Positions 19,342-29,658 of a DNA stretch of 64,000 bases are shown here, piece by piece (the stretch's first letter is position 1; every line of letters starts with the position of its first letter). Origin of the DNA: Pseudomonadota bacterium (lineage in GTDB: Archaea > Thermoplasmatota > SW-10-69-26 > JACQPN01 > JAJPHT01); assembly GCA_021325135.1 (NCBI GenBank), contig JAJPHT010000036.1:1-64000 (forward strand), written 5' to 3'. The translations under genes were made by a program, and so were the position numbers. The notes below the pieces were generated by a model. The model was not told where the DNA came from, did no database searches, and was given only the letters and a program-made list of their open reading frames with translations.

Positions 19342-19460
19342 GCTCACGCTTCAATTGCAGCCTTAGGCGAGTCAGACCAATGACGGGGGGACACGTTCCC
19401 AACCCATAGAAGCATTCCGAAGCTAGAATGATTTCCGAATGTCCTGAGTCCCTTCGGCAG

Positions 19461-20819
19461 CTAAAATATGCGATCGAGCCATTCCTCCTCCGCATGGAGG
19501 TAATGAACGTGTTGCACAAGCACCGTAAGATTGTATGAGACAAGCTTGCACAGCAATTCGTTGGTGCGGCTTGTGACGGTACGACTCCGCAGCGTTTCTC
19601 CGAAGCGCCGTTTCACCGCGGAGTTAACGGACTCCACGAGTGACCTGCGGTGGTAGAGGGCGTCGAACTGGGCGCGGTGGATAGTGAAGAAGGCGATCAT
19701 GTCGGCCCATCCGCCTGCGCCGTGCTGCTTCGTGATGCTGGTGTCGCGAGGGCGGAAGAGAGGCTGGGCACCCAGGTCGCGGACGAGCGCAACATTGGTT
19801 CGGCTTGCATAGGCACCGTCACCTACGACGACGCCCACAGGGAACTTCACCGCGGTCTCTTCGAGGAGGGGTCTGAATTGAGAGGAGTCGCCGGTCCCGC
19901 GGCCGGTGTTGGCGGTGATTCGAGCAGCGGTGATGAGACGAGCTTTCGTGGAGATCATGAGGTGGCATTTCAACCATGGAATCGGAGCCTCAGGTCCGTG
20001 TTTCTCATGGTTGTAGTGACCGCGCCGGGAAGGCGTGAACCCGGTGCTGTCAATTGCGAAGGTGTCTCCCACGACCGCGAGCGTTACAGGTGAGGCATCG
20101 GGGTCAATCGCCGCAAATGGTTCCCGTGTGAGCTTGAGCGCCATTTCAAGAAGCGGCATGGTTGCCTCATCAGTCAGGGTGCGGCTGACGACGTTGCACG
20201 CGACGTGACGCGACAGGAGGCCTTCGGCCAAAAGGCGGTCGCGGGTATCCTGTTCGCGCCGCATGTTCTTCTGGTTCGCCGCCCACAAGAGGGCGGAAAG
20301 CAGCGCGTCCGTCTGCGGGACCGGAGGCCGCCCTGGTCCGTAGCGTGGTGGGGGTTGCGGGAGCATTTCGAAGAGGCGGAACGCGAGGCGCGGGAGGACT
20401 TGAGGCATGGCCAGTTCGGCCTTGCGGTAGGCCGCCCAATCGAAACCGGCTCCCTCGAGCGGTTTGGGTTCCTCTTCGGCGTCGGGGTAGGGGAGTTCGC
20501 CGCGCTGCAGGAGGATGGCCAAGATGTGGACGCAGGGCCGAAGCGCAGCCCAGTCCGGGCAGTCGCAAGTCCAGAGACCAGCCTTGTCCTCCACGATGTA
20601 GCTGCCCGCCCCGCGCTGGCTGCGAACCTTGTAGGTCCAGGCGTCGCGGAAGGACATGACCGATCCATTCCGCTGCGCGAGGTCCGCAGCCCGCTTGTAG
20701 CGGCCTGGTTCGATTGTCAGGGCGGGTGCGTCGGGTTCGGTGCCGAGGCGCAAGTGCAGGGATCCTGCCGCACGTTCCAGGCGGGGGCGGACGTCCTTGG
20801 CGCGGGACTTACGTGGCAC
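19461..20819 (-). CDS. SWIM zinc-finger + DDE transposase (IS4/IS5 superfamily-like)
   Basis: SWIM CDCPDW..PCVH; DDE motifs FAIDSTGF / VGDGAY / YHRRSLVES..SAVK. Confidence 0.88.
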   Translation of the reverse strand: MPRKSRAKDVRPRLERAAGSLHLRLGTEPDAPALTIEPGRYKRAADLAQRNGSVMSFRDAWTYKVRSQRGAGSYIVEDKAGLWTCDCPDWAALRPCVHILAILLQRGELPYPDAEEEPKPLEGAGFDWAAYRKAELAMPQVLPRLAFRLFEMLPQPPPRYGPGRPPVPQTDALLSALLWAANQKNMRREQDTRDRLLAEGLLSRHVACNVVSRTLTDEATMPLLEMALKLTREPFAAIDPDASPVTLAVVGDTFAIDSTGFTPSRRGHYNHEKHGPEAPIPWLKCHLMISTKARLITAARITANTGRGTGDSSQFRPLLEETAVKFPVGVVVGDGAYASRTNVALVRDLGAQPLFRPRDTSITKQHGAGGWADMIAFFTIHRAQFDALYHRRSLVESVNSAVKRRFGETLRSRTVTSRTNELLCKLVSYNLTVLVQHVHYLHAEEEWLDRIF

Positions 20820-21059
20820 GCGGTCACGGCTCCGCGATTCTGAGGATTCTATCGGTCTGGACTATGCTCAGGCGTACTTGCGCGTCGTATGAAACGGAAA
20901 ATCCGCTCCACTTGCATGACGCACTTTCGATGTGGTCTTGGGGCTCAAGCACGTCGGACACATCGACCCAACTAGTGCCCGCACTATCGGTCGGCTGCGC
21001 CGGGCCCCCGCTGGTCGAAGCGACCGATGCTGTTGCCATCATGTCCCGCACCGCTTGCG

Positions 21060-21233
21060 TCAGAGGGGCCGTCGCACGTCTGGGAGCAGGCCGAATTCGG
21101 GATGTTTGAGGAGGATGAGGATTCGGACACTGCGGCCGCGGTATTTGCTCAGGCCGCAGACGCGGCCATATTTGTCCACGCGGCAGGTGTGAATCGCCAA
21201 GATGTCGCTGGTTTCTTCGTAGCGGGTTGGCAA
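21060..21233 (-). CDS. Small AbrB/SpoVT-like (DUF2080-like) DNA-binding protein, absent from ORF track
   Basis: Hand translation: (M)PTRYEETSDILAIHTCRVDKYGRVCGLSKYRGRSVRILILLKHPEFGLLPDVRRPL; TTG start with GGAGG upstream. Confidence 0.6.
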   Translation of the reverse strand: MPTRYEETSDILAIHTCRVDKYGRVCGLSKYRGRSVRILILLKHPEFGLLPDVRRPL

Positions 21234-21662
21234 ACGATCCGCCTCCGCTCAGAGCGCCTCGCGCCGGCGAGGCGTGGCGGTCGCTGGGGAACAGGAGCTG
21301 AAAGTCATGGGTCATCACGGGCGGTTGATGCGATTCGTGCGTCGCGTGGCGTTGCTCGGCCCGTGGGCCGCCAACAACGCCCGCGCTTGGTGCGGCAGGA
21401 TGCGCCCGCCGGAGCGGGTGGACGCCCCGGCGCCGTGGCAACCGAGGCACGCGCGGGCGGCGAACCAGGCCACGCGCTCCCCCGCGCCGGGCAGACCCAC
21501 ATAGAGCGCGAGGATCCTGCCGCCTCAAAGGCGGCGACTTGCGAATGCGACTCAACCGTGCGCTTGGAACGACATATTCTTTGCGAGAGCCAGGCGGAGA
21601 AGGAACGTTCCTAGAACGGGGCCGGGAACGTTCCTCGGGTTCCCGCTTCGGGTTCTGTCGCC

Positions 21663-22640
21663 TCAAATCCTGAGCCTCCAAGGCCCGGCTTTCGAATCGG
21701 GGCCCACGCGCTGCGCGCTGCCGGCAGGGTCCTGCTGGCCCGCCGCGTCCCCGAAGCGAACCTGGAACTCCTCCACGCTGCCATGAATGGCCGGATTGTA
21801 CGGCGGCCGCACCGGGGGCCGCGCGGCCTCGACCTGAGCCCGCTGCGACTCCTTGGAAACCGGCTTGGTTTCCGACTTCAGCCACCAGAGGAACAGGACC
21901 GCACAGAGAGCCAGGAGACCGAGTATCGCGAGCGTCTGCGCGCTGGCGGCCTTGCGCGCGGTCTCCCGCTGAACGCGAACCATGAGTGGAAGGTACGCCG
22001 CTGATTCTCCTGTTTCCGCGGCCGCCTGCCGAACCGCCCGCTGGAGGGCCGGGAAGTGCTGTTCGACGTTCCGCGGGTCCACCGGAGCGTCAGGACCCTT
22101 CGGAATCAGGCTCCCGAGGGCGTTCAGAGTCTGTGCGTTCTGGGCGACTCGGAGCAGAACCGGATCGGCAAGAATGAGTTCCGTGCCTCGCGTAGAATGG
22201 GGCACCGGCACCACAGGGGACCACGATCCGGACCGCCCTGCGGAATCGCGGGGCTGAACCGCGTTGGCGGTTAATCCGGGAGGCTTTTGGATCGGGTGTC
22301 GCGGCATGGTCGGAGCCTGTGTTTGATCCGTGAGTGGCGCGGTGGCCCGAGTCGGGGCTCCGGCTTGCGTCGGAAGATCCCGCATTGGGCAACGCGCGAC
22401 GTGCCGAGGGAGCTCAACAGGCGTGTAGTGCAGCCCGCAGTAGGTGCAGACCGGATTCGGGTTCTCGGGACAGGCAGCCGCATGGCGCCACCTGGCGGTC
22501 TTGGTCTCGCACGGGTAGCCACAATATGGACAATCCCACTGGCCGCCCCTCGGGGTCTCGTCTCGGCTCTGAGTTTCGCCCGGCGCACCAAGGCCGGGCC
22601 GCGGGTTCGTGGACATGCCTGGAACGTTAGGACCCGACAC
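21663..22640 (-). CDS. Tandem C2HC zinc-finger protein with C-terminal TM helix
   Basis: CPYC..HAAAC, CTYC..HVARC; ILGLLALCAVLFLWWL. Confidence 0.65.
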   Translation of the reverse strand: MSGPNVPGMSTNPRPGLGAPGETQSRDETPRGGQWDCPYCGYPCETKTARWRHAAACPENPNPVCTYCGLHYTPVELPRHVARCPMRDLPTQAGAPTRATAPLTDQTQAPTMPRHPIQKPPGLTANAVQPRDSAGRSGSWSPVVPVPHSTRGTELILADPVLLRVAQNAQTLNALGSLIPKGPDAPVDPRNVEQHFPALQRAVRQAAAETGESAAYLPLMVRVQRETARKAASAQTLAILGLLALCAVLFLWWLKSETKPVSKESQRAQVEAARPPVRPPYNPAIHGSVEEFQVRFGDAAGQQDPAGSAQRVGPDSKAGPWRLRI

Positions 22641-22986
22641 AGACTTCTCAGCTACGGCTCTTGAAATACTAGCGACTCAGCCTAGCCATGAAGAGGTTCC
22701 ATCTTGGATCGCCTGAATCAAGTTGAGGCATGGATTGTCCAAGGGACTCCCGCGGAACGCCGGCAGCTGTTCGACTTTGAATGCCAAGACCGGCTCAGCA
22801 TTGTCAATCAGCCAATTCATCAACAGCGAGATTCAGAAGGTTCTGCCGATTCCAAGTCGAATCGGATCAGCCGCGCCGGTCCGCCGGCCCCGTGACCCAC
22901 GTATCCACCCTAGTGAAGGTTGATCTAGAGTATGGATCGCCCGCTCCCTCAAATCGGACTGTTTCCCTCCCCTCCCCCAAACGTAC

Positions 22987-25900
22987 TTGAAGGCGCCAAT
23001 CGGGTTGGAGGAGGTGAAAGGCAGAGGCTCTTCCTTCACACCCGCGCGTGATCGCGATGATCGCTTGGGCGGCCCAGACGACGAGCTCGCGCGCTTGAAG
23101 AAACTCGCCCCTCAACTCTCGAGGTATGATCGCGCCCAGAGCTTGGCGGCGATTGCGGCCCTGCAATTGCGCCCCGAAAACGCTGATCAGATGATGCGGC
23201 TTGAGGCGCTTGCCTTCGCTGCATCGGTCGAGTGCGCGCCGCAGAGGGGGAAACACATGCTGCGGACGAAGCTCCTGACCCTCTTGAACGATGAGCCCCT
23301 ACGCGCCTTCGCTGAGAAGGAGGACCCGTGCGAGAATTTCGTCACGCAGGAATTCGTAGCTGAAGATCGGGGCTTCACGTACTTCGCGGGCATCCTTGAG
23401 GACCCGGATTATCATCTGCGCATTTTCTGGGAAGCGTTGCAGCACATCCGTGCAACCCATTCCGTAGCGGAATTAGGGTTGCGAACGATGCGAGCCGCCC
23501 TTCTGGTCTCAGACACAATCGCCCGACGGGCGGGCCTTCCGCGAGGCACACCCCCCATTTTTGCCCACTGGCAGAAGGTCCACGTTCCGTCAGATGACGA
23601 GGTGCGCGCACTTGCACAGACGGTCCGCTTTGAACGCGAGGACCTCATCCAGCTACTTTCTAGCGCCGGACTCTCGTGGGCAGACATCTCGCCGCTCATT
23701 CTCGACGCCCCGCCACGATGGGAAGACTACGTAGCCCAAGCGGGACCGTACGCACAACCGATCGTCGATGTCGGCGGCACCTTTGTCGTGGCAATTCCGA
23801 GCGCCCTTCCCTACGCTGCCCGTGAGGCAGTGCTGATTCAGTTTCATGAAGCGAATGCGCTTGAAGTGCTCGCATCAGCTCTTCGCGGAATCACATTTAG
23901 GGAGGTCGTTGAGGATCTCGACGACATCGGATTCGCTTTCTCCTCAAGACTTGAGTTGGAGCCGAACGAAGCGCACGCACTTGCGGCAGCCTTTGACTTT
24001 GATCTGGACAAACAAGCGTGCCTCATCTTCCTCCATGATCCCTTGACTGACTACGCTCCAGGCGGGAGGAGCAAGACTTGGGACTCTGCCCGCGTCGTCG
24101 AGGAAATCAACCAGCAGATTCCACGAATTGAGGACCAACTGTTGTCGCAAGACAACGGGCCAACCCAGCTCCTGTTCTTGTTTGTAGTCGCTGGCGTTCA
24201 CCGTCGTTCCCTACAGCACTGGAAAGTCGCCCACGACCGGAGGGGAAGCGTGGGCGCTGCGTTCCAGGCAGCGGACCTCGCTCCTATTGCGCACCTAGAC
24301 GCTCATGAGCCGCTAAGTCTCTGGGGATTCGCCACCTCGAAGCACATGGACCAGGAGTTCCGACGACCCGTGACAGTTGACCCCATGGCGCGATACGTCT
24401 ATTGGCGGTCGCCTAGCCGGGCTCATGTGCATGATGAATTGCCGGTCGGCGCCGTCCTCCCCGTCATGCAGAACATTGTGGGGGACTTCAAGCGGGAGTC
24501 TCTGCGCATTCAAGATCGGCATGCGGCGTGGCACCCTCTCGGTCGCATGGCGCCCGTGAGACGCGTGTACCGTTGGGGCTTCGAGCGAGTCTATGCCATT
24601 GACGCCCCCGATCCCGGTCTGAACCAATTGCTGGTCGAGGGTTTTTCAAAGCCAATCTGGATCATTTCTGCCAGCGACGCCGAAGGACAACCTCCGATGC
24701 GTGCGAACGGGTTTGGAACCACGATCGCGAGTTGGTTGAATTACGCCCCCGCGAAGGAGCTAAATGAGGTCCTCGACCGGAAGCAGGAGCCAGCGCTGAT
24801 CCTCGTCGTTTCATGCGAGAATGAGGCGCCTGACCTCAGCTTTGGAGAGGACTCCGAAGGAGCAGTGCATGTTGTCATCGGGCGATCATTTCTCCAGACG
24901 CTCTTCCACAATCCGGAACAAGAGGCGCTTCTTCTAGCCCAAGTCATTGACTTGGTGAGCACGCGATCCGGAGTGCCAGAGATTGCAGAACCGATCGTTA
25001 AGAGGATACTTGAGCTGGCGCCGAGCCACATGATCCCTGTTCTTTCACAGGCGGTCGTGGCAATCCGCCCTGACCTTCCAGAAGCGCGATGCGTTCAGTC
25101 ATATGCCGCCGATTGGCTCATGGATGACCTTGCGCGCCGAGAGATATCCTGTGGAGAGAAAGGCCCTCGCCAACTCGAGCGAGTCGAGACCCGCCAAAAG
25201 CTCGGGGACGCGGCCGCCTGGCTCATGGAGCGCCTCGAATCAAGAGTCAAAGAACTGGCCCCCGACGCACTGGATCGTCTCGTCTTCCACTACGAATTGA
25301 TCGTCAACGACGCCAACAAGCGCTACGTAGGCGTTCCGTTCCAGCACCAACTTCGGGGCAGTCAGGCGCAGACCAGAGACCCAACTCTCCAGGAGCTCAG
25401 CGATGCAGCTGGAGCTTGCCGTTACCTCATTGAGTACGTCACGGCACGCCCGCCGCGAGGATCCCATCCACTCAGCCTATCCGCATTTGATGAACTTCTC
25501 GCCCTTGCCTCCCACGTTCTGCTGTTCAAGCACCACCAGAACATGGTCGTCTTCGGCCTTGTTGATGTGCGCGGCAGAATTTCACCCAGCCTTCGGCCCA
25601 TGTTCACTGCCCCCGACTTCAGTCACGCTTCAAAGGACGTTGAGGCGGACACGCTTAGCCAGGAGCTTGAGCACGCACAGGATATGCTCGACGCCGGGTT
25701 TCCGACCGATGTTGGCGAAGTTCCGAAGGATTTCGCAATGGCCGATGCGGCTTTCCACGCCGAATGGGGACTCGGTTTTCTCGAACTCGGCTTCTTCTTT
25801 GATGCAATTGCGGGCCTCGCTGAAGGCACCCTCATCGCCAGGATGCCCGAAGAGGACGTCGCGAAGCGCCTTGCGGAAGAGCTCGGGTGGCCCCGCGAAA

Positions 25901-26622
25901 AAGTAGAGGCCGCGCTTCGGACCTTCTCACTTGCGCCGCGGGAAAAATTCATCGACGGACCCGACACGGAACCGTGGCGTCACAGAAGGCGCAGATCGTA
26001 CATGATGCGGCCCCTCCTTTCCCGTGAGATAGACGGTATCCGGACTCTTACATGGGGGCCTCTGCAGGTCACATCCACACCGAACTACATCGTAAACCTG
26101 GTACTTGAGGCGCGTCTGACGGATCCCCAGAGCGATCCCATGAAATCATTTCTTGGTGAACTCCGCGAGAAGTACGAGGGATTCAATCTGATCGTCAAGG
26201 AAGCGTTCGACGACGCGCCTGAATGGAAAGCTCACAACAGCGTTGACATCCATACCATCTTCGGCGGGCCAAAGATCGGAGACATTGACACTCTTGCTCT
26301 CCACTATCCGAGTCGGACCGCGTATCTCATTGAGGCCAAGTCTTGGGCAGTCGGCCGCGTACCTCACGATTGGCGGCAAGAAATTTCCAAGCTCTTTCAA
26401 GGCAAAGATGCGGCCATCCCAAAGCATGCAGCCCGCGTGGAATGGGCAGCTCAGAACGTGGAGCGGATCAAGGAAAGGTACCGGCTTGAGGGAAATTGGC
26501 AGGTCCTTGGCCTTGTGGTTCTTGACCGGCCTATCCTAGGTGCAGCACTGCGCGAAACACCATTCAAAATCCTCTCCTTCAAGAAGTTGAAGGAGCGCAT
26601 TCCCACCGGCAGGCTCACCTAG
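22987..26622 (+). CDS. 1211-aa protein with C-terminal PD-(D/E)XK (NERD-like) nuclease
   Basis: IGDIDTLAL...YLIEAKS, followed by KHAARVEW; start uncertain. Confidence 0.75.
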   Translation: MKAPIGLEEVKGRGSSFTPARDRDDRLGGPDDELARLKKLAPQLSRYDRAQSLAAIAALQLRPENADQMMRLEALAFAASVECAPQRGKHMLRTKLLTLLNDEPLRAFAEKEDPCENFVTQEFVAEDRGFTYFAGILEDPDYHLRIFWEALQHIRATHSVAELGLRTMRAALLVSDTIARRAGLPRGTPPIFAHWQKVHVPSDDEVRALAQTVRFEREDLIQLLSSAGLSWADISPLILDAPPRWEDYVAQAGPYAQPIVDVGGTFVVAIPSALPYAAREAVLIQFHEANALEVLASALRGITFREVVEDLDDIGFAFSSRLELEPNEAHALAAAFDFDLDKQACLIFLHDPLTDYAPGGRSKTWDSARVVEEINQQIPRIEDQLLSQDNGPTQLLFLFVVAGVHRRSLQHWKVAHDRRGSVGAAFQAADLAPIAHLDAHEPLSLWGFATSKHMDQEFRRPVTVDPMARYVYWRSPSRAHVHDELPVGAVLPVMQNIVGDFKRESLRIQDRHAAWHPLGRMAPVRRVYRWGFERVYAIDAPDPGLNQLLVEGFSKPIWIISASDAEGQPPMRANGFGTTIASWLNYAPAKELNEVLDRKQEPALILVVSCENEAPDLSFGEDSEGAVHVVIGRSFLQTLFHNPEQEALLLAQVIDLVSTRSGVPEIAEPIVKRILELAPSHMIPVLSQAVVAIRPDLPEARCVQSYAADWLMDDLARREISCGEKGPRQLERVETRQKLGDAAAWLMERLESRVKELAPDALDRLVFHYELIVNDANKRYVGVPFQHQLRGSQAQTRDPTLQELSDAAGACRYLIEYVTARPPRGSHPLSLSAFDELLALASHVLLFKHHQNMVVFGLVDVRGRISPSLRPMFTAPDFSHASKDVEADTLSQELEHAQDMLDAGFPTDVGEVPKDFAMADAAFHAEWGLGFLELGFFFDAIAGLAEGTLIARMPEEDVAKRLAEELGWPREKVEAALRTFSLAPREKFIDGPDTEPWRHRRRRSYMMRPLLSREIDGIRTLTWGPLQVTSTPNYIVNLVLEARLTDPQSDPMKSFLGELREKYEGFNLIVKEAFDDAPEWKAHNSVDIHTIFGGPKIGDIDTLALHYPSRTAYLIEAKSWAVGRVPHDWRQEISKLFQGKDAAIPKHAARVEWAAQNVERIKERYRLEGNWQVLGLVVLDRPILGAALRETPFKILSFKKLKERIPTGRLT

Positions 26623-26715
26623 GCAAGGGAAAGGCGCTCCCGACCTCCGACTTGTAGATCCTTGCTCGGTGAAACGGGAAAGGGGCTAAGCCGCTCGCAG
26701 ATACTCCGCGCGCCG

Positions 26716-28224
26716 ATGGATAATGAGCTCTGGTTCCGGCGCCTCATCGACGCGGTTCGCCTTGCCGAGCAGGAGTTCTCTGCCGAAGACATGGCCCATG
26801 TGCGCGGGATGCGGCTCTTGGGGTTCGACGCCCCTTGCCAAGTGCGAGCGTTCCACATCGTTGAACCCCAAGCGTTCTTCACCTTGGTTCTGAGCATTCC
26901 TGGGGGTCCAGACCGCGACGTCCGCGTCACTCGACCCTTGCGGCTGTACGAGTTCCCCGCGGAGCTTGAGAAGGTCGCAGAAGAGCCCCTGTGGAACGCC
27001 CCCCTGCCGAACCCCGAGGACGCGGTGCTCCAGCCTGGCGAGGAACCGACGTTCCGTTCTGCCGTTCACCAGTCCCTGATCCACGCCTACCACCACGCTC
27101 AACGCCTTCCTTTCCAGCGGTCGTATCCGAACCCCCATTGGGAAGGTTCAGGAAGCGCCGTGGGGGGTTCAGGCGCGGCTTGGTGGTACACGGGAAACCT
27201 TACCACGCTTGACCCGAACAAGATCGCGAGCGACGTCGCTCGCAACCTCCGGCACGAGATTGAGGCCTACAAGCAGCGCGTTGCCGAAGCGGCAACCCGC
27301 GCACCACCCGTTCCTCAAGCGCCCCAGTCGACGCGGCCGGCGCCGCCCGGATACGACGGATGGGGCGTATGGCTCTACCCACATCTCCGAATCGGACCCT
27401 TTCCCAAGGGAAGCATGTGGGATCGAATGATGATCGGGCGCTTCGACCTCCACCAGATGCCCATTGCCACGCAGGTTCCCTTGAAGAACGGCGCCTCGCT
27501 CTTTGCCACCTACGATGGCTTTGTCGGAGTTCACCGCCCGCTGGCGGAGCAGTCCAAGGAGTTCCGTACGCAAGCCGCGGAATACCTCAATGCCCTGTCG
27601 TATGCGCTTCTGGAACTCGAATACCAGTCCTTCGTTGTCTTGGACGACGAATTTGTCGGGTTCGAGATCGCCAAGCACGAAACCGGCGCTCGGGTTTCCT
27701 TGCGGTCCATGCCCTACACGTACCGCACGACCAGCACGCCGCTCGAGGAGATATTCCCCCACGACATCCAGCACATCGGTCTGGAACAGTTCGCAGAGGC
27801 TGCTCGATTCGCGGACGGAATCATCGAACACTCGCGCGGGGACCACGCGAGACTGATCGTGGAGGCCGCTACTCACCTCCGCCGCGGTCATCCCACGGAG
27901 TCGTTCTTCTTCAGCTGGCTCGTCGTGGAACAACTCGTGGACGAGGACTGGAAGGCCTACCTCCATGACCACAAACTCTCGGATCGGCGGCTCCAACGAA
28001 TGACGGACACGAACCGCTGGACCGCGGACACGAAACTGGAGATTCTCGACCTTGCGTCCGCTCTCGGGCTCGACTACACCGCGGCCATGAGCATCAAGAA
28101 CCCGCGGAATGAAGTGCTGCACGGTGCCCGAAAGGCCACTCGAGAGGAAGCGGAACGGGCCCTGAAATTGGCACGAGACACGTTCCGAGCCCGTCTGCCG
28201 CTGGACGTTCCAAAAAACGCCTAA
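26716..28224 (+). CDS. HEPN-domain protein (ApeA-like architecture)
   Basis: C-terminal SFFFSWLVVE helix and RNEVLH (RxxxxH) motif. Confidence 0.75.
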   Translation: MDNELWFRRLIDAVRLAEQEFSAEDMAHVRGMRLLGFDAPCQVRAFHIVEPQAFFTLVLSIPGGPDRDVRVTRPLRLYEFPAELEKVAEEPLWNAPLPNPEDAVLQPGEEPTFRSAVHQSLIHAYHHAQRLPFQRSYPNPHWEGSGSAVGGSGAAWWYTGNLTTLDPNKIASDVARNLRHEIEAYKQRVAEAATRAPPVPQAPQSTRPAPPGYDGWGVWLYPHLRIGPFPKGSMWDRMMIGRFDLHQMPIATQVPLKNGASLFATYDGFVGVHRPLAEQSKEFRTQAAEYLNALSYALLELEYQSFVVLDDEFVGFEIAKHETGARVSLRSMPYTYRTTSTPLEEIFPHDIQHIGLEQFAEAARFADGIIEHSRGDHARLIVEAATHLRRGHPTESFFFSWLVVEQLVDEDWKAYLHDHKLSDRRLQRMTDTNRWTADTKLEILDLASALGLDYTAAMSIKNPRNEVLHGARKATREEAERALKLARDTFRARLPLDVPKNA

Positions 28225-28631
28225 TCGCGCGGTCCCGGGTTCTTCTCCAGCCACTTGGTCAGGTCCTTTCGGAGTCGTTCCGCGATGATGCGGTCCACTT
28301 CGATTTTGAAGTCGTATCCGTAGCGGAAGGTGACGCAGTTCCGGCCTATGCCGTGGGCGACGCGGATCCGGGGGATCAGCGTCATGACTCCGATTTGGGC
28401 GCAGGGTCGGTCCACTTCGGGTGAGCTCGACAAGACGCTCAGGTTGATGAGGTAGTCCGTGCGGGGCTTGCGGCGTGCTTTGATCATTCGGATCGCTCCG
28501 TGCGTCTGCAACAGAGCACGAGCAGCAGCGGAGGAGGGATGCGCCGCGGCTTGAGTCGCCATCCGGTCCGGGGCAGGGCCTTCGGTCGGGGGCGTTTGCG
28601 GCGTCTCAGAAAGGCGCTCGAAGTGTCTCAA
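28221..28631 (-). CDS. Hypothetical protein
   Basis: Third gene of a tight minus-strand run; start uncertain. Confidence 0.45.
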   Translation of the reverse strand: MRHFERLSETPQTPPTEGPAPDRMATQAAAHPSSAAARALLQTHGAIRMIKARRKPRTDYLINLSVLSSSPEVDRPCAQIGVMTLIPRIRVAHGIGRNCVTFRYGYDFKIEVDRIIAERLRKDLTKWLEKNPGPRD

Positions 28632-28636
28632 GCGGT

Positions 28637-28957
28637 TCAGTCGTCAGCAGGCGCGGTTTCGGCCTCGGGCTCGCGGTGGCCCGGCGGAGGCGTCGGTTCC
28701 TCCTCTTCGGTGATGAGGTCGTAGCCGTAGAACCCAATGTCGGTGCAGAGCGTGACACTCTTGCGGGAAAGGCCGTCCAGGAGTTCCTTCACGCGGCGCG
28801 ACGCGTCGTCCACGATGCCAAGCTCCTGCACGAGCGCGGAGACGATCGCGAGGTCGCGCGCCATCAGGAGTGGCTCGAGGTCCATGCAGGTGCCGCACTT
28901 CGGACACATCGCCGCGTCCAGGCGCACCGGGACCGCACGGCCGCCGGGCTCGTTCAT
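28637..28957 (-). CDS. Small CxxC protein
   Basis: CPKCGTC; ATGA overlap with upstream gene and GGAGG RBS. Confidence 0.6.
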   Translation of the reverse strand: MNEPGGRAVPVRLDAAMCPKCGTCMDLEPLLMARDLAIVSALVQELGIVDDASRRVKELLDGLSRKSVTLCTDIGFYGYDLITEEEEPTPPPGHREPEAETAPADD

Positions 28958-29280
28958 TCGTTCCCTCCCTTGGGCTCGTCCTCTTCATCGGCCTCGGGCT
29001 CGCCCGGGTCCAGATCGTCCAGCATCGAAACCGGGTAGCACGCGGCGGCAAGGTCCGCCTGCATGCCCTCGTAGAGGTCGATGGCGCTGATGCGCAACCG
29101 CTTGACGAAATCCGCGGGTGCGACCCGGCCGCCCTCGATAAGGTCGGCGACGCGCAGAAGCAGCGCGCGCATCGCCTGATCGCGGACGGGCCTCGCGTTC
29201 ACCGGCCCTTCGCACTGCGGGCACCCGATCCAGCAGAGATCCCCGACGTACTTGGCCGGGGCCTCCGGGTCGTCGATCAC
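28954..29280 (-). CDS. Small CxxC protein with acidic tail
   Basis: GCPQCEGP; coupled to the downstream gene. Confidence 0.6.
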   Translation of the reverse strand: MIDDPEAPAKYVGDLCWIGCPQCEGPVNARPVRDQAMRALLLRVADLIEGGRVAPADFVKRLRISAIDLYEGMQADLAAACYPVSMLDDLDPGEPEADEEDEPKGGNE

Positions 29281-29658
29281 GCGACCACTCCAGGGGGCGT
29301 CCTTCGCGCGTCGGGTGTCGTCGGGCGGGGAGGTTGCAGCGGTGGCAGCCGCGTTTCTGCGGAATGATTCACGGTGATCAGCGAGTCGTCGGCTCCGGGG
29401 TAGGGCATGCCTATTCCTCAGCAGAGGGGTGCCTGACAGAATTCCATAGCAAACTGAGAACTAGCCTGCGAGCGGCGGAGCTTATCCAATGAGTCCTGGA
29501 CTAGCCGCCTGGAACTGGCGCCGGCATCGAACTATGGGCCGGGCCTGCCGCCCTCTGCCCTTAGAGCCAGCGCCGTGATCCCTCTTACCAAATTGTGGTT
29601 CTGAATATTGCAATCCAATACGACGACTTGAAGGTTTCTATACTATTTTTTGGTACGT

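Noticed and set aside
19342-19460. Terminal inverted repeat of the SWIM-DDE element
   Set aside because: Only about 8-bp matches to 21624-21631 and 31940-31948; not convincing
20824-21885. 353-aa minus-strand ORF and 21027..21614 plus-strand ORF
   Set aside because: Low-complexity translations without motifs; the 57-aa AbrB-like frame explains part of the region better
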